A stretch of 64,000 nt of DNA, taken from the NCBI GenBank assembly GCA_030265395.1, contig JARFYF010000050.1:19368044-19432043 (forward strand), given 5' to 3'. This document shows, piece after piece, positions 25,426 to 36,450 of this stretch. The translations under genes and the position numbers were made by a program. The DNA comes from Rhina ancylostomus. Taxonomy: Eukaryota. Positions within the stretch are counted from its first letter, which is position 1; every line of letters begins with the position of its first letter. Under the pieces are notes generated by a model. It saw only the letters and a program-made list of their open reading frames with translations, did no database searches and was not told the DNA's origin.

Positions 25426-25561
25426 CTGAGCAGGGAAACAGCAGGGAGATTAAGAGAAACAGAATTCCATTTACAACCCAGTATCCCTTTTCAACAACGG
25501 ACTGTGGGTGTGCTTCCAAAAAGCCTGCAGCAGATCTACAATGGTATTTTATTGACAACAT
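25426..25561 (-). CDS. Candidate small-ORF exon encoding a hydrophobic (TM or signal) segment
   Basis: ATG at 25561 gives MLSIKYHCRSAAGFLEAHPQSVVEKGYWVVNGILFLLISLLFPCS, followed by a perfect donor CAG|GTGAGT (phase 1). No homology confirmed. Confidence 0.2.
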
Positions 25562-25829
25562 TCAATCCAGCCTCTGAGGAAATGGGCTTTATAATTCCTC
25601 GATACAACAGACGAAGGTGAATTTCACAAGACAAGCACGGGCTTGAAGTCACAAGATACAGGTGCTTGTAATGACATCATTACCAGTTTAAAACTTGTAC
25701 TCAGATTTGAACCAGTAACAGGTCCATCTCATCTAGCTCTTCACAGATTACTCCACAGTTTTAATAACTGGACCAGGAGGAAGCAAAACAGTGCAAATGG
25801 AAATCTAAGTTAATTATCCTGACTGCATT

Positions 25830-26085
25830 TTCTTCTAAACTACAGCAATGACTGTTGGTAAAGCCTTACCCTTTCAGCTATATCCTCCCTCTGATCACTG
25901 TCTTCACATAGAGATAAAATGCAATACAACACAGCAGATTATTTATCAGGATTGATGATTTGGTTAAACTCTCATCCTTTCAGCTTCATCAACCCCTGAT
26001 CCTGATTAATCCAGTGTAATATAGTACAGCAGGTTTGACACTGAACTAAATCCTCACTCTTTCAGCCTCATCACATCTGATAATT
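25830..26085 (+). repeat. Degenerate tandem repeat, ~3 units of ~85-105 bp
   Basis: The motif AAA.(C/T)CT.A..CTTTCAGC...ATC....CTGAT recurs at ~25860, ~25966 and ~26048. The spacers share TG.AATA.A..ACAGCAG.TT. Confidence 0.7.
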
Positions 26086-26087
26086 GG

Positions 26088-26330
26088 TACGGTACAGGTA
26101 CAAATACCCAATTACGGGATATGAACTGATCTCGAACCTCAGTGCAGCTCCCCTGCTCATTCTAATTGTCAGCGCTGCGACCACACTGGTCAGCACTGAG
26201 CCCCCTGAGGATTCGATCAGAGAGCGCAACTGTCCCTTCTCCTGCGTGCTGCGATTTTAGACTCTGATAATTCAATAATTTCAGTGATTGTCTTTGTCTC
26301 AGTGCATCCACTGCTGGCGTTTCTCCTTAA
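26088..26330. promoter_or_regulatory. CpG-retaining block, candidate promoter/enhancer
   Basis: About 10 CpG in 240 bp against a CpG-depleted background, several TAAT/TAATT motifs, and no recognisable repeat. Confidence 0.4.
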
Positions 26331-28164
26331 TTACTTTCATTTTGCTCATCAGTCTACACTCAGGAGTTTTGCACAAAACACAGTTGCCAGGGTCAGGCAA
26401 GAACTATTGGGCAGGTTCATTATGAGTATACATTCACTGTACCTGTCATAAACATAGACTTCCTACTACCTCAGAGCAAAGAAAATTGTCAGCTCCCAAA
26501 ATGGTTAAGGATCAATAAATTGGGTTCCTATATGAAAAGTGGAGACATGAAGTGACAATTATCTCTTTAGGATGATTGACCAGGTTCTCATGCATGTTTC
26601 TCTAAAACACACTGAAATCAGTTATTTATGCAGAAGCCTTTTGGTCATTGTTAGTGCCCTAAGGCCTAAAATGTTATTTCTGAACAAAGTGAACAGTGTG
26701 CAAATGTTTCAGTTTCACTTTGCAATTTATTCAGGGTCTTGTATGAACAGAAAAAAGCTGGAAGTAGACCTTCTGAAATTACAAAATTGAAAGGAGAAAG
26801 GACTCCTCTCCTTGATGAGCACAGTTGACATGTAGCAGTGTTACAGAGCAGAACCACAGGTAACATCATTGCTAACAGACCCTGAGGGGTACAGACATGG
26901 GAATACATTTCTGATACCGAACACACTGCCCTGAAGCACCACAGAATGACATGCCAGTTGTTAAAGGAGTGCCTCAGAGGTTAGTAAGTTGACTCAATTG
27001 AAATTAATTTTAGTTCAATGTTGTTGTAAACATCACTGTTTGCTCTTTCACAGACTTGGTCATTCAGCAAATACTGCTGTCCATTGAGATTACAACCCAT
27101 GGTTTTCAACCAATGGTTTTCATTCTCCGATCAGTAGGTAAGTACTTTAAATAGTTATCTTGTAGACTTATTAAGAATGCAATTTTCCTATTATACACGT
27201 GTATAAATTCGGCATCTTTCTTTTCATTTCCTCAAAAAGCTCAAAAACAAGCTTCTGCAATTGGGCATAAACAAAATGCAAACTGAACATTTTAATTTGG
27301 TGCAACACATGGTAAATGCTATTAATCCAGGTTGACATGACAGTGTAATACTGAATGAAAAGGCACACTGCTGGAGGTTTTGTCTGTGCATTAGATATTG
27401 AATACAAGCCCTGTCTGTTTGGGTGGTCAGGTTAAAGCCAGTGTATCACTATTTGAAGAAGAACAGCGAGATCTTCTGGTATCCGTGCAATAGTTCTCTC
27501 TTCATCACCAGGGAAAGAAAAGCCAAATGGCCACTCATTACATGCTACTTGTAAGTCCTGGCTCAGTGTAAAATGGCAATTGTGCTTCCATACACAGCAA
27601 TGGCAGTGAAATTCAATGCTCTGAGATAGCTTGAGAAATGCAACCAGGCACCACACTGTGAATAAGCCATGATTATTCTGGAGAGGGAAACCAGAACAGG
27701 AATGGTGCCTTCATGGGGTGAGGTGTGCCAGCAAGAATTAACAAGTCTGGCATTTCAGCAGCTTCCCCTGCAAAATTGGTCACCCTTTGGTTCGGTCTGA
27801 CGTGGAACTATGCTCATCAGCACATACACGCTGACGTTACAGATGTGTTCAAGGATAACTCAGTCTGACTTGGAAAGCACATTGAGCCATGTTCCAAAGG
27901 ACAACAAACTTATCCTCTTGGACATCTTCACTGCTGGAATTGGAAAAGATATAACCCTGTGATCAATAAGGACGGAGTAGGAAAGGTTAATTCTAACAGG
28001 GTCCTCATCTTGACAAAATGCTTGTAGGATAATTTTGTCATAATCAGCATCCTGCTTCTCCAAAGAGATAATAACAATTCTTCATAACAGCATCCCAGTC
28101 AGGTACCTGTTGGATTATGGCTAGGAGGACACATGATCTTATCTCAGGAACTTGGTGCCAATGT

Positions 28165-28292
28165 AGTTATAAATTATAAAATTAACTTGATGTTATAATT
28201 TGATAACTTATAACTTATAATTAACTTGATGTGAACTTATGTTACCTTGATGTGAAGTTATAAAATTAACAATGAGGATTAAATTATAAAAA
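28165..28292. repeat. AT-rich degenerate short tandem repeat
   Basis: Reiterated TTATAA(A)ATTAACTTGATGT units. Confidence 0.7.
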
Positions 28293-28539
28293 TGCAACAG
28301 TCTTGGAGTTGAAACACTGTGGCATACCAGCCAACAGATTGAATCATTTTTCATGTAAAAGTAATGATAGACTTCAGAAGGCCAATGAGCAGATACTGGG
28401 GAAGGAAATTGGGGTCTCCCTAATGTTGTTATTTGCAATTTTGTTAATCTGACATCTGAACCAGTAGCTATTACTACATATTACTTGCATATTACTACAA
28501 GTTAAAAGTTATCCAGAGTGGTTTATTTGCTAATGTTGT

Positions 28540-28830
28540 CATAGAGTAATAGATTCATAGAGAGAAACAGAATGGCAACAGGCTCTTTGGCTCAAAAGGT
28601 CCTTTCCAACCATCAGGTACCCATTTATACTAATGCTACATTTTTTATTCTCTTCATGTTCTCATCAATTCTCCATGGATCCTACCACTCACCTACACAC
28701 TAGGGGCAATTTACATTTGCCAATTAACCTACAAACCCATATGTCTTTGGAATGTGGGAGGGAAACAGAGCACCTGGTGGAAACCCACATGGCCACAGGG
28801 AGAATGTGGAAACACCACAGGGACAGCACC
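28540..28830 (-). mobile_element. HE1-like V-SINE, 5'-truncated
   Basis: ACACTAGGGGCAATTTAC...GCCAATTAACCTACAAACCCATATGTCTTTGGAATGTGGGAGGGAAACAGAGCACCTGGTGGAAACCCAC. Confidence 0.85.
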
Positions 28831-29437
28831 TTCCTTCATTTACTTTTGGCTTAATTACAGGTCAAGTATTCGTTGAGAAGAAAGGAGACTTCCATATAAA
28901 ACGACATAGGTCTAATACCAGCTATCCAGCTGATAGTTGGTGACTCAGTACTGCTGAAACCAAAATGTTGTGTTTCTTTCAACTTTCTTACTGAACAAAC
29001 AGTAATGAAGCTGAATCCTGGTAAATAGATAAAGTCACCCATTTGCTTGGAAATGTTTTGCTTGGACTGCCACTGTAAGGTAATGGCAGGGAAATAGTAT
29101 GGTATATGTGGAGTTTTATACTTGGGAGTGAGTTTGGCTGAATGTTACCACAGTTTCACAACTGGGTAGTCAGTGATATGTTAAAAAAATTATCAGAAAA
29201 TATAAATGAACTAGATGAAGCTCTGTTTCCTTGGATAATGGAAAAACATTTCCAACCATAATTATGTCATGGTTCTGAGTTCTGGTCCTCAATTTGGCTC
29301 CATTAATGCCTTGTTGTCCAGCACATGGATTCCATGCNNNNNNNNNNNNNNNNNNNNNNNNNNNNNNNNNNNNNNNNNNNNNNNNNNNNNNNNNNNNNNN
29401 NNNNNNNNNNNNNNNNNNNNNNNNNNNNNNNNNNNNN

Positions 29438-29620
29438 CAACTTCTACCCTTCCCTTAAAATCTTCGTAGGCATACCAAAAGGGGACAAAATGATTCTCCG
29501 GGGCAACTTCAATGCCAGGGTGGGAAGGGACCCAATCCTCCCGCAAGGCAGGATTGGCGAGGAAGGAGTAGGGAAGGCTAATCTCAGTGGGCCACACTTC
29601 CCCAGAAACCTCCAAAAATG
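29438..29620 (+). mobile_element. RTE-clade LINE endonuclease fragment
   Basis: FYPSL...IPKGDKMILRGNFNARVGRD...GRIGEEGVGKANLSG matches the APE endonuclease GDFNARVG motif region. Confidence 0.8.
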
Positions 29621-29659
29621 AGCATCCTTTAGTTGAAAATCTCCATTCTTTCAGTTGCT

Positions 29660-29995
29660 TTTAGGGTGTGGGTAATGCCAGTACGGCACAATTTATTGTT
29701 CATGCTTGGTTCTCCTGCCAACTAACAGAAACGCCAGGCTAAAGTAGGAGAGCAAGGCTCATAAATGAATATAACCCTTAAGGGGGTTAGGAAACAAGTA
29801 AAGACAGAAGTGGATCGGTTGGCTTCTTATGGCAACCTGACAGCATTTACAGTCATGCCTGTCCTGTGGCAGAGAGCTCGTATCCAACACTGTGAACTGG
29901 GTTCAGTTTCATAATTTAACAGGTTGGGGCTTGCATTCATGGTCTCTACTTTAGTTAATCAGCAAGTTGCATTTATCTAAAGTCACAGTATATCC
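29660..29995 (-). mobile_element. Decayed tRNA-derived SINE (same family as 44788-45130)
   Basis: Begins GGGTGTGGGTAATGCCAGTACGGCACAATTTATTG, similar to the reversed tails at 43512 and 44790. Confidence 0.4.
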
Positions 29996-30049
29996 AAGAG
30001 CATTGCATTGCAGTTATCATAAAGTCTGGTATCGAGCCCTAGTCTTTAA

Positions 30050-30920
30050 ATTCATTTTTCAAAACCCGGGCATTACTGACAAGACCAGCATTTGTTTACC
30101 AATTTGCCATTTTTAATCACCCTTCAGAAGTGGTGATAAGCTGCATTCTTGAAAAGTTTTAAGGAGTAAACAGGTGGAAAAGCATCGAGGTTAAAGGAGA
30201 GAAATGAAGGACCAGCTGCCAATGAAATGAAAATTCCACCTGACATTGAATTTGGTAATTAAAATGCTGTCTTTTTTTTAGGTTGATGACCTATCTAATT
30301 CAACTTTGGTGTTGTCTTGTAAAGTCATTAGGTGGATAGATACCAGAAAAATGCCTGCAGAATAGCTTGTGAACTAGCAGCACACTAAGGAACCATATGC
30401 CTCATTTGGCTTGTTAGGAGAGGCTTACTTTAAAGTTGTTTCCCTTAGCTGATTAAATACCACAGTCCTTCTGGTGAAGGTGCTCCCACAGTTGGGAATT
30501 CCAGGGTTTAATCTCAGTGACAATGGAGGAATGGTGAAATAATTCCAGGAAATGTGTAGGTGGTAGAGGCCATTGGTTTGGGAGGTGCTGTTGGCAGTGC
30601 ATTGGTGAGTAACTGCAGTTGAGATATTAGGGGAGATGACCAAGAGTCAAGATATAAAAATGTGGAGAGACAGAGAGGGTTAGAGAGAGAATTCCATTGC
30701 TTAAGCCTTGGCAATTGATGCCATGATACCACAGAGTAGATTCCAAAATAATCAGGAGGCTGTCATTAGAGGTGTACAGATATCTTGGAGTTGTATAAGC
30801 CTGGTGAAATTTTTCAGAGTTAGGGGAGGATTTCAAATCAAGTGTGAAGACTTTGCTTAACCAGCATTCAATGTGTGTCAAGATTTGAGTTATCTGGTTG
30901 GCTTCAGTGGAGTTTTGGAT
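30050..30920 (-). mobile_element. Patchwork of decayed LINE (CR1/L2-type) 3' fragments
   Basis: GGGCATTACTGACAAGACCAGCATTT...CCCTTCAGAAGTGGTG; GGTGAAGGTGCTCCCACAGT...GGAATTCCAGG; GAGAGAATTCCATTGCTTAAGCC, resembling 60690-60720. Confidence 0.55.
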
Positions 30921-31864
30921 GATCTCAATTTAATGGACTGTACAAAAAGAGGGGGTTTACACAAAACTTTTGATGCCACTAAGCAGTCAGAATAACATGA
31001 AAATCCCAGCAAAGCAAACAGTGTTCTCCTGTACTTTAGAAGTTATATAAATGAGATTATGTGTGATCAAAAATGAGGCAGAATATTGCTTCATTTTCAT
31101 TAAATATTGGTAATCAATGGGTTATTTCAAGACATTGAAAATCACTGAAGGGTTTTTATCCACTACCTGAATTGTAGAAATGCTGTGAAGCATTGCGGAG
31201 GCCCCAGGTGCTGCTGCCTTTCAGGGCAATTAATCAGAACTTGCACATGCACACTGTATTTCTAGAGTTAAGAAGAGCTGTATTCAGCAGAAAAGCCCAG
31301 ATTTCACTTCCATTCCTTCCTGCTCACTTTTGAAGATCTTCATTTCATGAATCAAAAACTTTCTAATTATTTTCTGAGCATCTTACTGAGGAAGCTTCAA
31401 TTAACAAACAATGGGCCAGATTGTGCTTCATCCTTTCCACACCCCACATTTGCCTGCCATGGATCCCCCTTGGATTACTGTCTTGTGACCCCTTAGCTCC
31501 CACTGTCACTGTCACAACCAACCCACAACAGGACTGAGTGACCAACAAGTGGTGACTCTGTCGCTGGTGGTGGATTCTGGGCCTGTGCCAACAGATCCCC
31601 CTATGGCCAGCTGATAGCTTGTGTTGTTCATAAGGAATTCTCACTATTTCCAAATGTCAGAGATAGCTGAAACATATATGAATAATCAAAAAGTATTAAA
31701 GTTATTTTAAAAACTAAAGATTAATAAATTTATGTTAAAACACTTTTATCAAATGTAAATGACATAAAGCATTAATCCTAATTTTAAGAAAGGATAACAT
31801 ATATTTAGTTTCACACCTTTTTAAAATGAATGGGAATGCCAACACTTTATTACACTTTAATAAA

Positions 31865-31990
31865 AGGCAATCTGAACAGAAAGTGCTGAAAATACTCAAC
31901 ATGTCAGGCAGCATCAATGGGAAGTGATGCAGAGTTTACATTCCACCGTTCATCAGAACGGGAAAGTTTTAGAAATGTAACTTTAAGTCT
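31865..31990. mobile_element. Short Penelope-associated repeat copy
   Basis: ACAGAAAGTGCTGAAAATACTCAACATGTCAGGCAGCATC...TTCATCAGAAC. Confidence 0.7.
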
Positions 31991-34900
31991 CAGTGAAAAA
32001 GTGGCTTTAAGTCCAAATATCTGGTGATGGTGATTTTAATGGAAAACACACAGCCAATCACAAGATACCTGCCTGCCATCATGAACTTTTAATGTTCCTC
32101 AAGGAGTTACATATCTCAGAAAAACTTTGAAAAGCATTGATCCAGCTGTGGCAGTGAACGATGTATTAAAAGGGAGAAGCCTGATTCATTGGTGAGACCT
32201 AAGAAAACCTTTACAAGCCCAGGCAGTAAGGTGACCTGGTGAGTGGTCAGTGTATCCAGGACAGGCAGCAGAAACATAGCCCAGCCACATTCATGTACCA
32301 TCCTTGATTGAGGCAGAATCCTTGATTGACACTAGTGTTCAGCCTGTAAAAATGCACGACTGTGCTCTTGTTGGCTAGCTATTGGTTAAATGTGAAAATG
32401 AAAGTGGTAGAAGTTTTCAGGACTAGGAGGAGCTGGTGTGGGGTTGGTAGGATCATCAGAGTTGTGACTGAGGCAGTTAAAACCAACACTTGCCTTTACT
32501 CCTGCTTCTCTAGGTCTCACATCTAACTTCAGTGGCTCCCTAACTGATCAACCTCAGTCCTATTCTCCCTTCCAGGAATGTCTCTCCCCTCAAGCCAGGG
32601 TGACATTATCAGATGATATTATCAGATACCATTATAAATGTTTTTAATGTTTTGGTGGCTTTGAAGACATCATCATTTTAAATTACATTTGAAAGGATCA
32701 GAAGAGGAAACTTTGGCTCCTACTCCATGATTGGAGCTGTCCACTTGGAACAGCTGAGCTTTTGTCAGATGGGGAAAGTTAAAATGTATCGTGGTATTCG
32801 TTGGTTACTTATATTATGAAAAAAAGCTGCATTTATTTGGTGGAGATGATGGTCTTTAAAGGTTCTGCTGACCATGACAATATGTCCTGGGAATTGTCAG
32901 TGTAATCTCAAAAGTGTGGAGGCTCCACTTGGACATCCTGATGAATTGGACATTTATGATCATGAAGAAAAACAACAGCTAAAGCACAGAGATGCACTGC
33001 GCCAGAAAGACATTTGCTGAAAATGTGGCAGCTAAACTATGTGACATTGAAGTGGTACATTAATTCATGGAATGATACAAAGAAGATTATAGCACAGAAG
33101 GAAAATGTAATTGCCAAACAGCCAAACTCAATACTTACTTTTATAACAGAGGCACAGCATTCAGTGGACTCCTTGGTAAAACACACAAAATAGTAAGGGT
33201 AGTTTTATTTGGCATGAGAGTGAAAAGCATGAGTAGGTTAATAATTGGATTGCTCTTCAGGCAGATTATCTTATTTGTCCATAATTACATCATATCAAGC
33301 TTGAAGATAATATAATGCCCATGTGGTGAAGAATGCTTTCAGAGCCTCTAACATGCAATCTGGTTTCTTCACAGAAAGAAAATTGACTAAAGATTGCACT
33401 TGAGGAGGACAAAGTTGCTGGCCACTGCCATTTGAATCAGGCATATGGCCCATGTGCATCAGAGGAACATCAAGGACCAACAAACATAAGGCGAGGATCC
33501 AAGCATTCATAAGAAACAAAGGTTAGTGGCAATGAAGCAAAAGGTGCTGAGGTGTGTGAGAATACACATTTGCTTTGGAGCAACAGCTAGTATAAAAGCA
33601 ACTGTATTGACTGGATATTTGCATTCTTGTATATAAAGACAGAGGATGATCTCTGCTGAAAGTAACATGCAGCATCAATTGTTTGCATTGTAGCTTTCCA
33701 TTAAACATCTAACTACATGGTGAAATTTCCAGCAGATGATCATGAATCAGCCCCACCTTGGACAGGAGGATGGGCAGTGTAAACTTCATAAAGCATCCAT
33801 GTTGAACTGAATGAGCAAACTGTTTATTAGAGGTTTTCATACTCAGCTCACAATTCTCTGCATAGATTGATGGGCATCATAAGGAGATGCCCTCCAGTAG
33901 TCGCATGCCTACAGAGGCACAGGACCAGCCAGTTGGCATTCACTTCAGTTGTTTGTGTGTGCCATCATATGACTCTGCACAAATAACAGCTGCTGATGCT
34001 GATAGTATTGAGCCTGCAGCGAACGCACCAAATGATAGCCCTGGCATGCATGCAGTCTCACCAAGGTTAGTTCCAGATACACATAGTGGACCGTCTGTAC
34101 TCCCTGCCGTTCCCCAGTTGGCTATTCAGCCACCACCGGTGCTGCTTCCTCAACTGGGGAAACAGTTAATGGATTCACAACCACCAATGAGAAGAGTTTG
34201 GCTCACTAAAGGAACTATGAGAAGCAAGCATAATAAACAGGAACAAACTGAGCTGTGCAGAGAATCATAACTATTCACATTCAACATTCTCACCGTTCTC
34301 TTATTGTGCAGGAAAGAAAACATGTTTCTCAAAACTAAACAAATAAAGTGACTTATTCTGATGTTCACATGGATCTTCATTGCCTTTGTGGTCACTGCAT
34401 CAAAGGTCAGAGTGGAGCAGTTTCAAAGGGGCACCTAATAAATTCATTTATTTTATCCACAGTATCTGGTGGCACAGAACATTACCTGCAATATCCGTTA
34501 TAATATTTTAAAATTTTCAGCAGATTAAAAAATTCAAATGAAGCTGTTAAGGTCTGTCATGTGCTCCAACCGAACCGTAGCAGACAGCACAGAATAGATG
34601 AAGAGCCAGTCAGCTGGATTGCTGCCTCATTCTTTGATCACCCCTGCTCCCAACCCAGCATCCAATCCACTGCAGCATCATCAGTGATGGCAAATGCAAT
34701 GTATCTCCTGTTGACAGCTTAGCCCTAAGCATTTTTAACCAGAATGTGATCCTTCAAAAATTGCATAGGCAAATTACATACTGGGTTAATTAAACTTTAC
34801 CAATTTTAATTAAAGAATAAGGGTCCTCTTCATGTTTTCCAGAAATCTATTATTAATAAATTAACCTTTGAACTCAATGTTTTTAAGATATATGCATTCT

Positions 34901-35874
34901 GTTTATTTTAAATAAAGGCAGCTTTGAACTTCTTTCCCATTATCTTGACTAATTTATTTTGGAAGCTAAGTATAACAGTATTCCCATTTCATAAAAATAC
35001 ATTTTGCTATGTACTTTTTGAATCTGCACACTTGCTTCTCTTTGATAATTGTTTCACTCATATTTCAGTAGCAAATTTACTGAGTATTACTTCTAAATCA
35101 TAGTCACAGTGATCTTTGCTTCAGTTGAATTGAAATGTATGAAACTAACCTGAAAGAGAAAGACTGGCTTGTTTGAAGGAGAGTAATATCATTTTTGTCC
35201 CTTTAATTTAATTCTGGATGTCTTTGTACTTCATGCCCAAAACATATCATTATCACAGAAGAGAAAGTCCATATCATTATCTGCTGACTGCTAATGCATT
35301 TTTCTGTTGAGAAATGTACACAGTTGACTTTCATGACTGAACAAAAGATAGAAGCTGATTTTGGTATTTAAGATGTAACTTTCAAATGTGGTGCTTAAAT
35401 CCCAACTTTAGCATTGTTAGGTTCTAGAGTTCCCAGGCCTGTAACAAATTTTGAACAGAATATGATAAGAGTCCTGTTTATAGCATGATGTATGCTTGAT
35501 GTCTTCTGTTTTTCATGATTGTTATTAAGGATGGCAGAACTGACAACTCTTTTCAAAAGCAGCACAAAAGTGCATTCATTTCTGCAGCCTATGTTTGAGA
35601 TAAACGCTTGGGGCTGAGGAAACATACATGACTTGTAAACCATCAGTGAATGTCAATTGCATATAAAGGCAAAATCAGAGGGTGGGATCGAGGGAGAAGT
35701 AAACAGGCAACCTTTAGAAATTGTGATTGCATCTGGCAAAGCATATTATCTGGGCAAGTCATTTTAATTTACCAGGGAGCCAAACACAGATAAATCAATC
35801 ATAGTGGCCAAAATATTTTCAGTCATTATAACCCCCTGTACTCAGTTCACGATGCTTACATTATGCAAAGGGTT

Positions 35875-36450
35875 CAGAGGCATTGGAGAAACCAACTTAC
35901 TAGTTTGATATTAGGGTACCACTCTCAGCATAGACTGGATCAGCTGGGAGACACAAGAAACTGCAGATGCTGGAATCTGGAGCAACACAGAAAAGCACTG
36001 GAGGCACTCAGTGGGTCAGGCAACATCTATGGAGGGAAATGCACAGTTGATGTTTCGGGTCAAGACCCTTCATCTGGATCAGCTGGGAGTCTTTTCTTGA
36101 TGAAAGGGAAGTCTGAAGGATAGCCTGATGAAGGCCTTTTAGAATATGAATGAGTTTGACATCTTGTGGGTCAGTTCCAAAAAATCAAATAGGGAATGCA
36201 AGAGGAACTGCTTTATGTACTAAGTGGTTCCTGGAAGTCAATGCTGCAGGGAGTAATGGAGGCAAATGGCATAGATGCATTCAGTGGGAAGCCAGATGAA
36301 TATGAGGAAGAAAGAAACAAAAAGATAAATGAAAAAGATGAAAAACAGAAAGATATGATGTAAGGTTCAGGCTGAGCAGTGGAAGAAGGTTTTTGTGGGG
36401 CATAAAAGGCATAATGGACCATTTGGTTATTTCTGTGCTGTAAAGTTTGC
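35875..36450 (+). mobile_element. CR1-like LINE 3' portion, interrupted by a short insertion
   Basis: EALEK...RLDQLG[insertion]VFS...SLKDSLMKAFRI.NEFD resembles the CR1 pattern RLdrLGLFSLe.RRLrGDLie.fKI. The CR1 tail runs to ~36445. Confidence 0.7.
35951..36073 (-). mobile_element. Short Penelope-associated repeat with 16-bp target-site duplication
   Basis: Flanked by identical CTGGATCAGCTGGGAG at 35935-35950 and 36074-36089. The minus strand reads CAGATGA-A-GGGTC-TT-GACCC-GAAAC. Confidence 0.8.

Noticed and set aside
25975-26075. TGATGA-NNNN-GAAA on the minus strand of the tandem units (hammerhead or C/D box-like)
   Set aside because: It lacks the core C, stem II and flanking stems, and the C/D spacing is far too short for a snoRNA.
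25830-26085. Repeat-spacer pattern reminiscent of CRISPR
   Set aside because: The context is a vertebrate genome, the repeats are highly diverged, the spacers resemble each other, and there are no cas genes.
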